Source: Candidatus Zipacnadia bacterium
GTDB lineage: Bacteria > Armatimonadota > Zipacnadia > Zipacnadales > Zipacnadaceae
Assembly (NCBI GenBank): GCA_029821255.1
Contig: JALGTS010000001.1
Location: forward strand, 1-24,557
DNA length: 24,557 bases
Direction: 5' to 3'
The translations under genes were made by a program, and so were the position numbers. Numbering within the stretch: the first letter of the stretch is position 1; every line of letters begins with the position of its first letter. Below the pieces are notes generated by a model. It saw nothing but the letters and a program-made list of their open reading frames with translations, searched no databases and was not told the origin of the DNA. Positions 1 to 9,254 of this stretch are shown in pieces.

Positions 1-417
1 TATTTTACAGGTGAAGGCCAGGCGATGAAACGGTTTGATGTCCACGATGGGCTGGGTCTGGTCCGACTCCAGCGGGCGGGCGTTGAAGTCGTCCTGATCA
101 GTGCTGACTGCTCACCGATTGCCCGCGCGCGCGCCCAGAAACTGGGCATCCGAGCGGTGATAGATAGCTGCCAGGATAAGAGCCAAGCCGTTCGCATGCT
201 GCTGGAAGAGCGCGGGCTTGATCGCTCTGCGGCCCTCTATATGGGAGATGACGTCACCGATCTGGAGGCGATGGCCGAGGTAGGGCATAGTGCGGCGCCG
301 GCCAACGCCGTAGCGGCAGTCCGCCAGGTGGCCGATTATGTGACCGTCTGTGAGGCTGGACATGGGGCAGTGCGGGAAGTGTGCGACCTCATCCTGAGCC
401 GACTTGGTGAAGAATAG
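1..417 (+). CDS. kdsC: KdsC-family HAD phosphatase (KDO 8-phosphate phosphatase-like), 5'-truncated by the window edge
   Basis: Frame is open from base 1 (YFTGEGQA-MKRFDVHDG). Family motifs KRFDVHDGLG, DK, YMGDDVTD and GHGAVREVCDLI are present; the N-terminal DxDG motif lies outside the window. Confidence 0.88.
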   Translation, partial: YFTGEGQAMKRFDVHDGLGLVRLQRAGVEVVLISADCSPIARARAQKLGIRAVIDSCQDKSQAVRMLLEERGLDRSAALYMGDDVTDLEAMAEVGHSAAPANAVAAVRQVADYVTVCEAGHGAVREVCDLILSRLGEE

Positions 418-426
418 GCGCTGGCT

Positions 427-1455
427 TCAGAAGAAGAAGCCGAGTAACCAGTAGGAGAACGCTGCCAACACAGCCGTAACGGGCAGCGTCAGGATCCAGG
501 CCATCACGATCTGGCCGGCTACCTTCCAGCGTACTGCCGACAGTCGGCGGGAGACCCCTACCCCCATTATTGCGGTGGAGATGACGTGCGTGGTACTGAT
601 AGGAGCGCCAATGTGGGTGCAGGCCTGGATTACCATGGCTCCCGAGGTCTCAGCAGCGAAGCCATGGATCGGTTTGAGCGTAATGAGGTTACGGCCTAAA
701 GTTTTGATGATACGCCAGCCGCCAGCAGCGGTGCCCAGCGCTAAGGCAATCGCCGAGATTACTTTTACCCAGGTGGGAATGAAGAAGGCACCCAGGTAGC
801 CTCCCGAAACCAGGGCCATAGTAATGATTCCCATTGCGTTTTGTGCATCATTGCTGCCGTGGCTAAAGGCCATAAAGCTGGCGGAGAGGATCTGTAAGCG
901 TCGGAAGTAGCGATTGAGAACACTGGGCGTACTGTGGGCGAAGATGTGCGACAGCAAGATCATCATTGCGATGCCAACTAATAAGCCAAAGACTGGTGAG
1001 AGCAATAAAGCCAAAAAGATCTTTCTCAGGCCGGCGAAGTTGAAGATGCCATAGTTATAACTCCAGCTAAGCAGGCCGCCTCCTGCAGAAAACTGAATGC
1101 TGGCAGCACTGGCAGCACCGATTACCGCGCCGATTATTGTGTGAGAGCAGCTTGTCGGCAGTCCAAACCACCAGGTGATGAATAACCAGATAATAGTACC
1201 AAACAGTGCGGCCAAGACTACTTGCTCGGTGACGAAAGTGCTGGCCACGATTCCCTTCCCAATGGTAGTAGCCACGGCTTCGTTAACCATCGCCCCAGCT
1301 AAGTTAAGCACTGCGGCTAACACTATAGCAGTGGGAATTGCTAACGCCCGTGTAAGCACACTGGTAGCGATGGCGTTAGCAGCGTCGTGGAAGCCGGTCA
1401 TAAAGTTGAAGGTCAGCGCACAGAGGATAATGAGCGCGATGGGTGCCCTAGGCAT
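427..1455 (-). CDS. pit: PiT-family inorganic phosphate transporter
   Basis: Both PiT signature motifs are present (GFHDAANAIA and FSHGSNDAQ), plus PISTTH and many TM helices. The ATG at 1455 overlaps the DUF47 stop and is preferred over the TTG at 1476. Confidence 0.93.
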   Translation of the reverse strand: MPRAPIALIILCALTFNFMTGFHDAANAIATSVLTRALAIPTAIVLAAVLNLAGAMVNEAVATTIGKGIVASTFVTEQVVLAALFGTIIWLFITWWFGLPTSCSHTIIGAVIGAASAASIQFSAGGGLLSWSYNYGIFNFAGLRKIFLALLLSPVFGLLVGIAMMILLSHIFAHSTPSVLNRYFRRLQILSASFMAFSHGSNDAQNAMGIITMALVSGGYLGAFFIPTWVKVISAIALALGTAAGGWRIIKTLGRNLITLKPIHGFAAETSGAMVIQACTHIGAPISTTHVISTAIMGVGVSRRLSAVRWKVAGQIVMAWILTLPVTAVLAAFSYWLLGFFF

Positions 1456-2116
1456 TCTTAGTAACCACTGCCTCAATCAGGTTCGCGGCATCTTCGCATC
1501 TGTCCATTGCTTCTTCAATGAACTCATATATTTCTTTGCGCTTGATGATCTCGCGGGCATCTGGCTCGTGGTCAAACAGATCGGCCAGAGCCTTCTTCAG
1601 CGCGGCATCTCCCTGGTTCTCCAGGGTGTTTATTTGGCGGCAGTACTGTGTATCTCCTGGCTGCATGCGGGGTAGTGCGGAAATATTGCTGTTGAGTAGC
1701 TTAGTTGCCTCCAGCAGTAGTTCCGCCATCTCCCGGGTATGTTCATCGGGCTCGCGGATCTTGAAGGAGTTGAAACGGTCAATTGTACCCTTGATCATAT
1801 CGGGGATGTCGTCCAAGCACTCGGCCAGGCGGTAAATATCTTCGCGATCGAACAAGGCGGGAGTAACAAAGGTTCTATTTAGCTTTTGGATCGTCTCGTG
1901 GACGATTTCGTCGCCCTCGTTTTCAATGTCATCAATCTGTTCCACCGCCAGCGGCAGCCGCCGATAATCCTCCATCAGTTTGTGCAGGCATTCGGCGGCC
2001 TCCACCGCTTTGTCAGCAGCCGAGGCAAATAACACAAAGAAGTCTTGCTCCTCGGGTAAGAAAGCGCGCATCACCCGCTGCAGGCGATGTAATACACCGT
2101 TATGTGAATCCGCCAT
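1448..2116 (-). CDS. DUF47 / PhoU-like Pit accessory protein
   Basis: IENEGDEI, LDDIPD and LENQGD...D motifs; lies directly upstream of pit. ATG at 2116 is preceded by AGGAGG. Confidence 0.9.
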   Translation of the reverse strand: MADSHNGVLHRLQRVMRAFLPEEQDFFVLFASAADKAVEAAECLHKLMEDYRRLPLAVEQIDDIENEGDEIVHETIQKLNRTFVTPALFDREDIYRLAECLDDIPDMIKGTIDRFNSFKIREPDEHTREMAELLLEATKLLNSNISALPRMQPGDTQYCRQINTLENQGDAALKKALADLFDHEPDAREIIKRKEIYEFIEEAMDRCEDAANLIEAVVTKNA

Positions 2117-2127
2117 CACTGCCCTCC

Positions 2128-2156
2128 TATAGTGAGCAACAAATGATCTCACTATA
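2128..2156. promoter_or_regulatory. Perfect 9-bp inverted repeat (TATAGTGAG-N11-CTCACTATA) abutting the DUF47 Shine-Dalgarno
   Basis: Arms read directly at 2128-2136 and 2148-2156. The function is inferred. Confidence 0.5.
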
Positions 2157-2169
2157 CAGTTCTCTGCGA

Positions 2170-2199
2170 ATGTTACACCCTCCTCCCTCCTGATGGCAA
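2170..2199 (-). promoter_or_regulatory. Candidate sigma70 promoter for DUF47-pit
   Basis: TTGCCA (2199-2194), 18-nt spacer, TAACAT (2175-2170). Confidence 0.4.
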
Positions 2200-2332
2200 A
2201 AACAGATGGGTTGTAATTGAATACTCCCCAACTGCTCTACCCCCCGCACTCTTGCCTGATCCGGCAAATCGCGAACTGGAGGCTACTGTGCTATCTGATG
2301 ATGAAGCGTTTGCGGAGTTGCTTGGATTGGAG

Positions 2333-3196
2333 TTACTCAAGCAGCTTCCGAACAAAGCCCACATTGTCCCGTGCTACTTGCTCCTCATTAGGTATGCCGT
2401 GGCCCAGTTCCAATGAAAGCACTCCGTCAAAGCCTACTGCGCGGAGGGCCTGGATAATTGAAGGCCAATCCAGGACACCGCTGCCTGGGGCGGCGAACTT
2501 GAACTGCTTGCCGGTGGGAGTTTCAAAGCCATTTTCGTCCAAAGTCCCTTCCAGCGGCTCGACGACGGCATCTTTGACGTGCGCGTGCCGGATGCGAGGC
2601 CCATACTCTTTGATGAACGGCACCGGGTCCTCTTCATGATACGGGAAATGACTGGGGTCGAAGTTTATTACTAACTGCTCGCGGCCCAGTGCCGCATCCA
2701 GAGCCTGCATAGTCGCCAGGTTGCCCACAGCATAGATAAAGACCGGTTCAATACCCAGACTAACTTCGTTTTCGGCTGCGGCATCCAGCAGTTCATCATA
2801 GACTGCTGCCAAGCGTTCAAACACTGCGTCGGCCTCTTCGTTTGGGGGAGCTGGCCCGCTCACCGTATGAACCAGGTCAATGCCCATACACCGGGCTATT
2901 GCCAGGACCTTCTTAGTATGGTCAATATTCCGACGTACGTCCGCCGGTTCCTCATTCAGAAAGCTCGTGTGACATTGGATGGCAGAGATTTCTACTCCCT
3001 GCTCCCGTACAGCCGCTGCGGTTTCCTCGGCCTCGCTCATTGACATTGGGCCCAGGTCTGCAACTGTAAGACTACCATCCGTGTCGCACGCCCCCAGCTC
3101 CACACAGTCATATCCCATCTCCCGCGCGTGGCGGCTGCCTGTTATAAAGGATTCTTCTTTCAGGCCCGTAACACTAATGAGTATCCCTACTTGCAT
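2333..3196 (-). CDS. Sugar phosphate isomerase/epimerase, xylose-isomerase-like TIM barrel
   Basis: Metal-ligand motifs GIEP, NFDPSH, HAHVKD and LSLE; strong AAGGAGG RBS. Confidence 0.85.
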   Translation of the reverse strand: MQVGILISVTGLKEESFITGSRHAREMGYDCVELGACDTDGSLTVADLGPMSMSEAEETAAAVREQGVEISAIQCHTSFLNEEPADVRRNIDHTKKVLAIARCMGIDLVHTVSGPAPPNEEADAVFERLAAVYDELLDAAAENEVSLGIEPVFIYAVGNLATMQALDAALGREQLVINFDPSHFPYHEEDPVPFIKEYGPRIRHAHVKDAVVEPLEGTLDENGFETPTGKQFKFAAPGSGVLDWPSIIQALRAVGFDGVLSLELGHGIPNEEQVARDNVGFVRKLLE

Positions 3197-3236
3197 GGTA
3201 CTGTCCTCCTTTTGGTGTCTGGTGGGGGTAGCCCTG

Positions 3237-4280
3237 CTAATGATGGGTCACTTCCACCCAGGTTCCGGTCTCGTAAGACTTATAGGCGGCCCTTACTACG
3301 GCAACATCTACCAGACCTCGTTCACCGGGGTAACCAGGTGACCTCTTCTCGGTTATGCTGCATAGAAAATCATCCCACTCCTGCTGGTACGAGTGTGGTG
3401 AGAGATATGCTGGGGGTATTTCAAAGTCCCGGCAACTATCCTGATTGACCAGGCGCAGACGGGCCGGCACCGCGCCGCGGTAGTACTCATAAAGCATGAC
3501 ACCTTCACTGCCCTGGATCTCATAGCGCCAGCCCACGGCTCCAGCCCGCCAGTTAACCGTGATCTGCCCTCGTACTCCCTCACCGCAATCCACCACAGCC
3601 TCCGCACTGTTTTCTACCTCGCGGCCCGGATCTGGTGGATAGTACATATCAGCCCAGACGCGCTGTACCGGCCCACCCCACCAGCCAGCCAGAGCACATA
3701 AGTGAACGCCGGGATCCAGCATTACCCCGCCGCCAGCTTGCGCCGACCATCGCCAATGTCCCGCTGGTGGATAGCTGCTGGGGTTAGCTTGTAGCAAACG
3801 CAGACCGGTAACCTCGCCAATGGCCCCCTCCTCCACCAGAGCTGCCATCTTCTGAAGGGCTGGCATGTAGAAATAGTTCTCCGCCACCATCAATACCGCG
3901 TCACTTGCGCGAGCTGCCTGGACCATCAACTGGCATTCCTCTACCGTCGGCGCCATCGGCTTCTCCACCAGAACGTGCTTGCCGGCTTGCAGTGCCGCTA
4001 CTGCCGGCTCGCTGTGGAGATGATGAGGAGTGCATATCAGCAGTGCGTCAATGTCGAATTTTGTCAGCAACTCTCGCCAGTCATCTGTACCGGCGCATCC
4101 AAGTTGCTTGGTGGTTTGTTGAAGCGCCTCTGCTTGCACATCAGCTACCGCCACTACTTCCACCCGCCGCTCCTCCTGCAGAACGGGCAGATGCCGAATT
4201 GCGAAGACTTCTCCCAACCCCACACACCCCAGCCTGACCGGGTCCTCTACTGTCTGGCGCTTGGAATTTGTCCTATTCAT
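3237..4280 (-). CDS. Gfo/Idh/MocA family NAD(P)-dependent oxidoreductase
   Basis: Rossmann VGLGEV, HVLVEKPM and GGGVMLDPGVH motifs. ATG at 4280 follows GGAGG. Confidence 0.92.
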   Translation of the reverse strand: MNRTNSKRQTVEDPVRLGCVGLGEVFAIRHLPVLQEERRVEVVAVADVQAEALQQTTKQLGCAGTDDWRELLTKFDIDALLICTPHHLHSEPAVAALQAGKHVLVEKPMAPTVEECQLMVQAARASDAVLMVAENYFYMPALQKMAALVEEGAIGEVTGLRLLQANPSSYPPAGHWRWSAQAGGGVMLDPGVHLCALAGWWGGPVQRVWADMYYPPDPGREVENSAEAVVDCGEGVRGQITVNWRAGAVGWRYEIQGSEGVMLYEYYRGAVPARLRLVNQDSCRDFEIPPAYLSPHSYQQEWDDFLCSITEKRSPGYPGERGLVDVAVVRAAYKSYETGTWVEVTHH

Positions 4281-4326
4281 AATTTTCCTCCAGTCTTTGG
4301 AGCCTATGCTTAATGCACCTACCACC

Positions 4327-6054
4327 TTATTTGCTGGCCAGTTGCGCACGGAGCTTCTCGCACGCCACTATCAACTGCCTATGACTCTGGCTGAAGACAT
4401 CAGGATCTTGCGAAGTAACAGCTCGGTCAACTATCTGCCGTATTTCGTCTTCTACCGCCTGTACCTGTAGACCACGGCTTTGGGCTTCAGACAGCAACTG
4501 CTGGGACCGTCGTAACAAGCGGAAGTCGTCAATGCCCTCAGCGAAGGCCTCCCAGCGACGCGAGGATACAAAGTCTGTCCAGGGGATGCGGTTATCGCCG
4601 TAGATTACGTTGTAGTCGGCGGCTTTGTCGTAATCGTAGCTGTCCCAGTGATCACCGCCGCCCTTGTTGTAGCAGAAGAAAGTGGTAAATCCGTCCAAAC
4701 CCAGGGCAAAAGTTCTCCACTGGAAGAGACGATAATAAGAGAGAGGCGAGGTCTTATGGAGAATGCCGTAGGTCCAGATGGTCTTGCCGCTTCGCTTATA
4801 GAACTCCATCTCCTCTTTGTTGCCCAGCCGTCCTGTAAAAGGACACCATATGTCAATGTATGGTGCCAGTTGCTTCAACTCCTCAAAACTCAGGTCCCTG
4901 GCGCTGGGGGGATTGGCAAATATCTTGAAGCGAGGCTCGGTTTGGCGGATCAGTTTTGCCGCTTCGATCAGCACCTGCATACGGTTGTACTTACCCCCCA
5001 CGGTGACCTCGTCGACAGGGTAAAGCACAACATTCTCAGCCGGAATGCCCAATTGTCCTAGATGATCGCGCAGCAGCACCACAAGCTCTTTGACACCCCT
5101 CTTCCAGGGCTCAGAAAGAGGCTCCAATCCCTGACTGCCAGGATGTCTCATGGGACGATACTCCGGCCACTCCCAGCCAAGATGTAATATGAACATAGTA
5201 TTGGGGCGAATAGGGTGGTACTTCAAAAATAGCCGTAGTTGCGCGTCCAGGTAGCTGGAATCCCATGATTTGATAGTACCGTCTACATTCCACTTAGGCC
5301 AATTTACATCCCGAACGCATCCGGACAGGCCTCCTAAATTGAACTCTGTAAAAAAGCAATTGCAGCCGTGTTCAGCTTGGTCCTTGACTACAGCCTCTGA
5401 GAAATTGGGGCCAGCATTGGATACGTAGGTCCAGTGCTCAGACAGTTCAGGGCCGATGGTCACTGGCGATACCCGCAGGTTGATGGTGATGGTCGTCTCT
5501 TTGAACCCGCTGAAGTGGGGCCGAAAGTCCAGGCGGGCCTGGTAGGAAGCTGGAGCCAACTGTCGCGCGTCCACAGTCAGCCAGATGAGTTTTGTCTCTC
5601 CTGGTGCAAGGCTCAGTAGCCGGGCGGCGTTAAGTGGGACCAGAGCATCGGGAATCTTCCGGCCGTCTGGCAACTCAATCCATTCTGCAGTACTGATGGC
5701 CAGCCTTGCGGGAGGCAAGCTAACTTGCTCGCTGCCCTCTGCTGCGCTCCTAATCCAGAATCTACCTGCCAGAGGCCGGGAACTAATATTGGTTATACAC
5801 ATTCCCGCGGCCTCTCTCTCACCACGACAGGCGACAATCTCAACGGTTTTCAAGTTCGGGCCTGGTGGGGGCATTTGATCAGGACTTAGCGCTCCCCAAA
5901 TGCTGGTCTGCCATACTCTATAACCGCAGCTAACCTGCGGCTCATTCTGCCCTTGCGCTACGGCAGTTGGCCCCATGGTTGCTGTCATCGTGGCGATAAC
6001 AGCCAACTGCAACAAGGTTAGGCCTGCATGCTTGGTTTCTACGCTACCTAACAT
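4327..6054 (-). CDS. Secreted GH123-like / DUF4091-domain glycoside hydrolase
   Basis: Signal-peptide-like N-terminus, adjacent Asp-Glu (YPVDEV), and C-terminal SRRWEAFAEGIDDF resembling DUF4091. Family assigned by motif recall only. Confidence 0.6.
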   Translation of the reverse strand: MLGSVETKHAGLTLLQLAVIATMTATMGPTAVAQGQNEPQVSCGYRVWQTSIWGALSPDQMPPPGPNLKTVEIVACRGEREAAGMCITNISSRPLAGRFWIRSAAEGSEQVSLPPARLAISTAEWIELPDGRKIPDALVPLNAARLLSLAPGETKLIWLTVDARQLAPASYQARLDFRPHFSGFKETTITINLRVSPVTIGPELSEHWTYVSNAGPNFSEAVVKDQAEHGCNCFFTEFNLGGLSGCVRDVNWPKWNVDGTIKSWDSSYLDAQLRLFLKYHPIRPNTMFILHLGWEWPEYRPMRHPGSQGLEPLSEPWKRGVKELVVLLRDHLGQLGIPAENVVLYPVDEVTVGGKYNRMQVLIEAAKLIRQTEPRFKIFANPPSARDLSFEELKQLAPYIDIWCPFTGRLGNKEEMEFYKRSGKTIWTYGILHKTSPLSYYRLFQWRTFALGLDGFTTFFCYNKGGGDHWDSYDYDKAADYNVIYGDNRIPWTDFVSSRRWEAFAEGIDDFRLLRRSQQLLSEAQSRGLQVQAVEDEIRQIVDRAVTSQDPDVFSQSHRQLIVACEKLRAQLASK

Positions 6055-6186
6055 CGTCTGCTCAGCTCCTCACGTTATTTTCGTGACTACTTACCTTCTG
6101 GTACCGTATTGTGTTTCCCTCTGCGTGAGGATATCAATGGGAGCGGGAATCATCTTCTTGCTCGGCCGCCCGAGGATCATAGTGCC

Positions 6187-7515
6187 TTACTCACCGGATG
6201 GTACAAGCTTAATAACAGTAGGGTAAAGGCTGTTGACGGTGACGTTATGAATTATCAGGATGCCCTCGCGCCATTTGTTGGAGTATTCGTATCCGACTGG
6301 ATGGGCTCCATCAGGCAGGTAGACCTCTACATCCATAGTTCGGACCGGCTGAGCGTTGATATAGCGGTTGAATTGGAGCTGTTTCAGCCAATTATAGGTA
6401 GGCCGTGGGGTTATGCCGTCGGCGCGTACAATACCAAAGCCAAAGTCATTCAGAGTCATGCCTTCGGGCAACTGCGCCTCTCCCTCAACCTGGCGCTCAT
6501 TGAAGGCATGAAACTGATAGGGCAGTATCTTCTGGTACAGCCGTCGCTTCCAGTGGTCCTCCAGCACCGCCCGCCACTGTTGCTTATGGGCCATGTCGAA
6601 ATACTCGGCATCATCCAGACCTCTGCTGTGTGGCCAGCCCCAAGCGGCCACCATATTGCCGGCGTCAATGCCCCATTCGGTGTTCCATAACGGCCGATTC
6701 TCGTCGCCGAATTCCTTCATCACCTGGTAGACGCGCAGGCCGCGGGCAACAAAACTGTACTTGATCGGTACGCCGTAGGTATGGATATTCATAATATCAA
6801 AGTAATCCCGCCCCCCGCCAGTGTAAATACCACGGGGAAAATCGCTAAAGGGGTAAGCTATACCGCCGGTCAAGACCCAGGCCTGCGGGTTAGCCTGCTT
6901 TATTGCCGGATAGGCAAGCTTGAGCATCTCGGCATACATCTGGCCTCTCTCCTCAAGCGAGTAGGGATCGCCATTGGGCTTGTTCGTGCGCGCGCCGAAC
7001 AGATCGGTGAAGCCAGCGTCCATCTCGTTCCATAGCTCCCAGAAGCGGATTTGCGGGTACCGAGAGGCAATGTCAGCCATAAACCGGGCGAAGCGTCGGT
7101 AAGACCCGTGTCGGTTCGCAAAACCCACTCCGGGTGGGTTACCATGCACCCCCACCAGCAGCTCCAGCCCTTTCTCTTCAGCCAGCGCCACGATGTCATC
7201 CCACTGAGCAAGGTAGTCTTCATCGTATTGCCCCCACTGTTCGGTCTTCGCCATCTGATTCCAGTACAGGGTGATGCGCACCAACCGAACACCGAGCTGT
7301 CGAATTAGATCGGCTTGCTCGGGGCTAAAGCTGTGCGCGCCCAAACCCAGTTCCGGCCGGTTGTCATAGACCCACAGCTCACCAGGGGAGCGGCGATAGA
7401 CGCTGACATTCTGGTTATCAAGCAGTGTCGCGGGAATATTTACCGGGGCAGATGTAACCAGCGGACTCAGAGCCATGGTTAGGAGCACTGCCGTGAATCT
7501 CAAAATCCGTTTCAT
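6187..7515 (-). CDS. Secreted clan GH-A glycoside hydrolase (GH39/GH5-like)
   Basis: Signal peptide MKRILRFTAVLLTMALSPLVTSA; acid/base WELWNEMD; nucleophile LWNTEWG; NIHTY motif. Confidence 0.75.
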   Translation of the reverse strand: MKRILRFTAVLLTMALSPLVTSAPVNIPATLLDNQNVSVYRRSPGELWVYDNRPELGLGAHSFSPEQADLIRQLGVRLVRITLYWNQMAKTEQWGQYDEDYLAQWDDIVALAEEKGLELLVGVHGNPPGVGFANRHGSYRRFARFMADIASRYPQIRFWELWNEMDAGFTDLFGARTNKPNGDPYSLEERGQMYAEMLKLAYPAIKQANPQAWVLTGGIAYPFSDFPRGIYTGGGRDYFDIMNIHTYGVPIKYSFVARGLRVYQVMKEFGDENRPLWNTEWGIDAGNMVAAWGWPHSRGLDDAEYFDMAHKQQWRAVLEDHWKRRLYQKILPYQFHAFNERQVEGEAQLPEGMTLNDFGFGIVRADGITPRPTYNWLKQLQFNRYINAQPVRTMDVEVYLPDGAHPVGYEYSNKWREGILIIHNVTVNSLYPTVIKLVPSGE

Positions 7516-8116
7516 GGTTGGTCTGCCTTCTTAGGTGAATTAGTGAGCAGCTTGCTCTTTTATAAAATTCCGCAGCCGAGATATTAGTTCCTTCTGGATC
7601 ATTTTCGGCAGCTATAGATGACTATCTGGCTGAATTTGGCCGCGCAGGCCTGGGCTACGATGACGTGCAATTGCCGCATCAGTATATACTCGCGGCCACG
7701 TATGTAATCCGCGAAGCATTCATTTCAGCTCAAGCGATGTGAGTTTACTGTCAAATTTATATTGTATTTCTGGCTGGTTGGATGCAGCACGTGCCGCTGA
7801 CGGGATTGAAGAACAATTGATCGTAGAGGAGACGATCTGCTAAGGCAGGGTTAGCTGTCGGTATTATAGCTGGCTTAATTGTAATCTGCTGCTTTACAGT
7901 CAGCTTATCCATTCAGCCTCTATGTCATTGGTTTTCCCCATACCGGCGGTCATTCGATTTCAATTCCTGGCTAACTGGCTAATAGCGCATAACTGTTGAG
8001 AGGCTTGCTCCTGGTGTGCTGGTGGGGACTGTCACACCTGTGCATTCCTGCGCAAAAGACAGGGCCAAACATAATGCACCTGGTCTGTTGTACCGGATTT
8101 AGATCTTTATGGGCGG

Positions 8117-9190
8117 TTACCCTTGCATGTTCGGCTTGTTGGCCCATGCTGTTTCAATCATCGCTTGGAAGTTTTGCAAAGGCACAGGGTTGTTTAATTC
8201 GGTAGTTGAGCCCAGCAGGTATCCTGAGCCGCGGGCCAGGATTTCAATCATTCTCTCGCATTCTTCCCTTACCTGCTCCGGTGTGCCCAGAGGGAGGACC
8301 TGACTGACGTCAATTCCACCTGCAAAAAACAGCCGGTCTCCATACCTATCTTTGACCGCTGCTACGTCAAAGCCAGCCGTAGTCTCTAAGGGGTTCAATC
8401 CGTCTACCCCTGCCGCCACGAGGTCATCCACAATTGGCCCCAAGTCGCCGTCAGAGTGGAAAAGGCACTTTATACCGTGCTCGTGCCACGCGTCGCAGAT
8501 GCGCTTTAGACGAGGCATAAACTCAGCCCGCAGGAATGCCGGCGATAACATCGGGCCCCCCTTGGCGGCAATATCGCCGTAGGGCATCGCCACCGGCGAG
8601 AGTTCGTAGTCGGCAATGGCGTGAATGCGACGGATAGCCATACAGGTGGCGGCCTCCAGAAATTCAGACACCCAGGAGGGATCGTCGGCCAGTAGGTAAG
8701 AAAACAGCTCCCACCCCATAAAATAATAGAGCCCCTCAATACCTACAGGAGTGTTGTCGTGCATCAAAACGGTCTCTCCACAGTAGGCTTGCAAGCGCAT
8801 AAAGTTCTGACGCCATTCTTCCACCCATCTTTTGTCAGGGCGCCAGGCTTTCATCCGCTGTATCTCTCCTTTGAGATATTCTATTGCTCCGGGTAGATCA
8901 TTGAAGGGACGTTCAGTAATCCACGTTGTCCAGCGGCGTGATGTGTACTTGAACCCTTGCTCATCCACATACTCTTCTTCGCGGGCCGGTCCCCGCACTG
9001 AACGGGTCATATCCACGGTGGCGTTTATTGCCTTACCCACGGGGATCAGCCAATCGTCGGGCGTGGGAATTCGCCCGCCGTAATGCTGTATCACTGCATC
9101 ATTGCGAATAAGGTCATAGACGGGAATCCGATCCGTTTCCTGATGGTTGATGGCCCGCTCCACTCGTTCACGTTTAGTTAATGTGGCTAT
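8117..9190 (-). CDS. Uroporphyrinogen decarboxylase / MtaA-CmuA-fold protein (not a true HemE); probable ATA start
   Basis: DRIPV, GDIA...PMLSP, FHSDG and GTPEQVREEC motifs; the HemE RQAGR motif is absent. The frame extends 9 codons upstream of the GTG at 9163 to ATA at 9190, which sits behind GGAGGTG. Confidence 0.82.
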   Translation of the reverse strand: MATLTKRERVERAINHQETDRIPVYDLIRNDAVIQHYGGRIPTPDDWLIPVGKAINATVDMTRSVRGPAREEEYVDEQGFKYTSRRWTTWITERPFNDLPGAIEYLKGEIQRMKAWRPDKRWVEEWRQNFMRLQAYCGETVLMHDNTPVGIEGLYYFMGWELFSYLLADDPSWVSEFLEAATCMAIRRIHAIADYELSPVAMPYGDIAAKGGPMLSPAFLRAEFMPRLKRICDAWHEHGIKCLFHSDGDLGPIVDDLVAAGVDGLNPLETTAGFDVAAVKDRYGDRLFFAGGIDVSQVLPLGTPEQVREECERMIEILARGSGYLLGSTTELNNPVPLQNFQAMIETAWANKPNMQG

Positions 9191-9254
9191 TTTTCAACAC
9201 CTCCCAATTGATATTTCTCAAGCGTTATGTTGGCGACGGCGCTGAAGTGAGCCG

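Noticed and set aside
2126-2136. CTCACTATAGG on the minus strand resembles the T7 promoter core
   Set aside because: The upstream TAATACGA is absent and there is no phage or vector context; the match is explained by the inverted repeat plus the SD.
6091-6180. 29-aa minus-strand ORF (MILGRPSKKMIPAPIDILTQRETQYGTRR) between two hydrolase genes
   Set aside because: Weak, poorly spaced SD and no recognisable features; expected by chance.
6109-6690. 193-aa plus-strand ORF
   Set aside because: Antisense shadow of the GH39-like gene, with no motif or convincing RBS.
8117-9190. Annotation as hemE (heme biosynthesis)
   Set aside because: Lacks the RQAGR motif and has no hem gene context.
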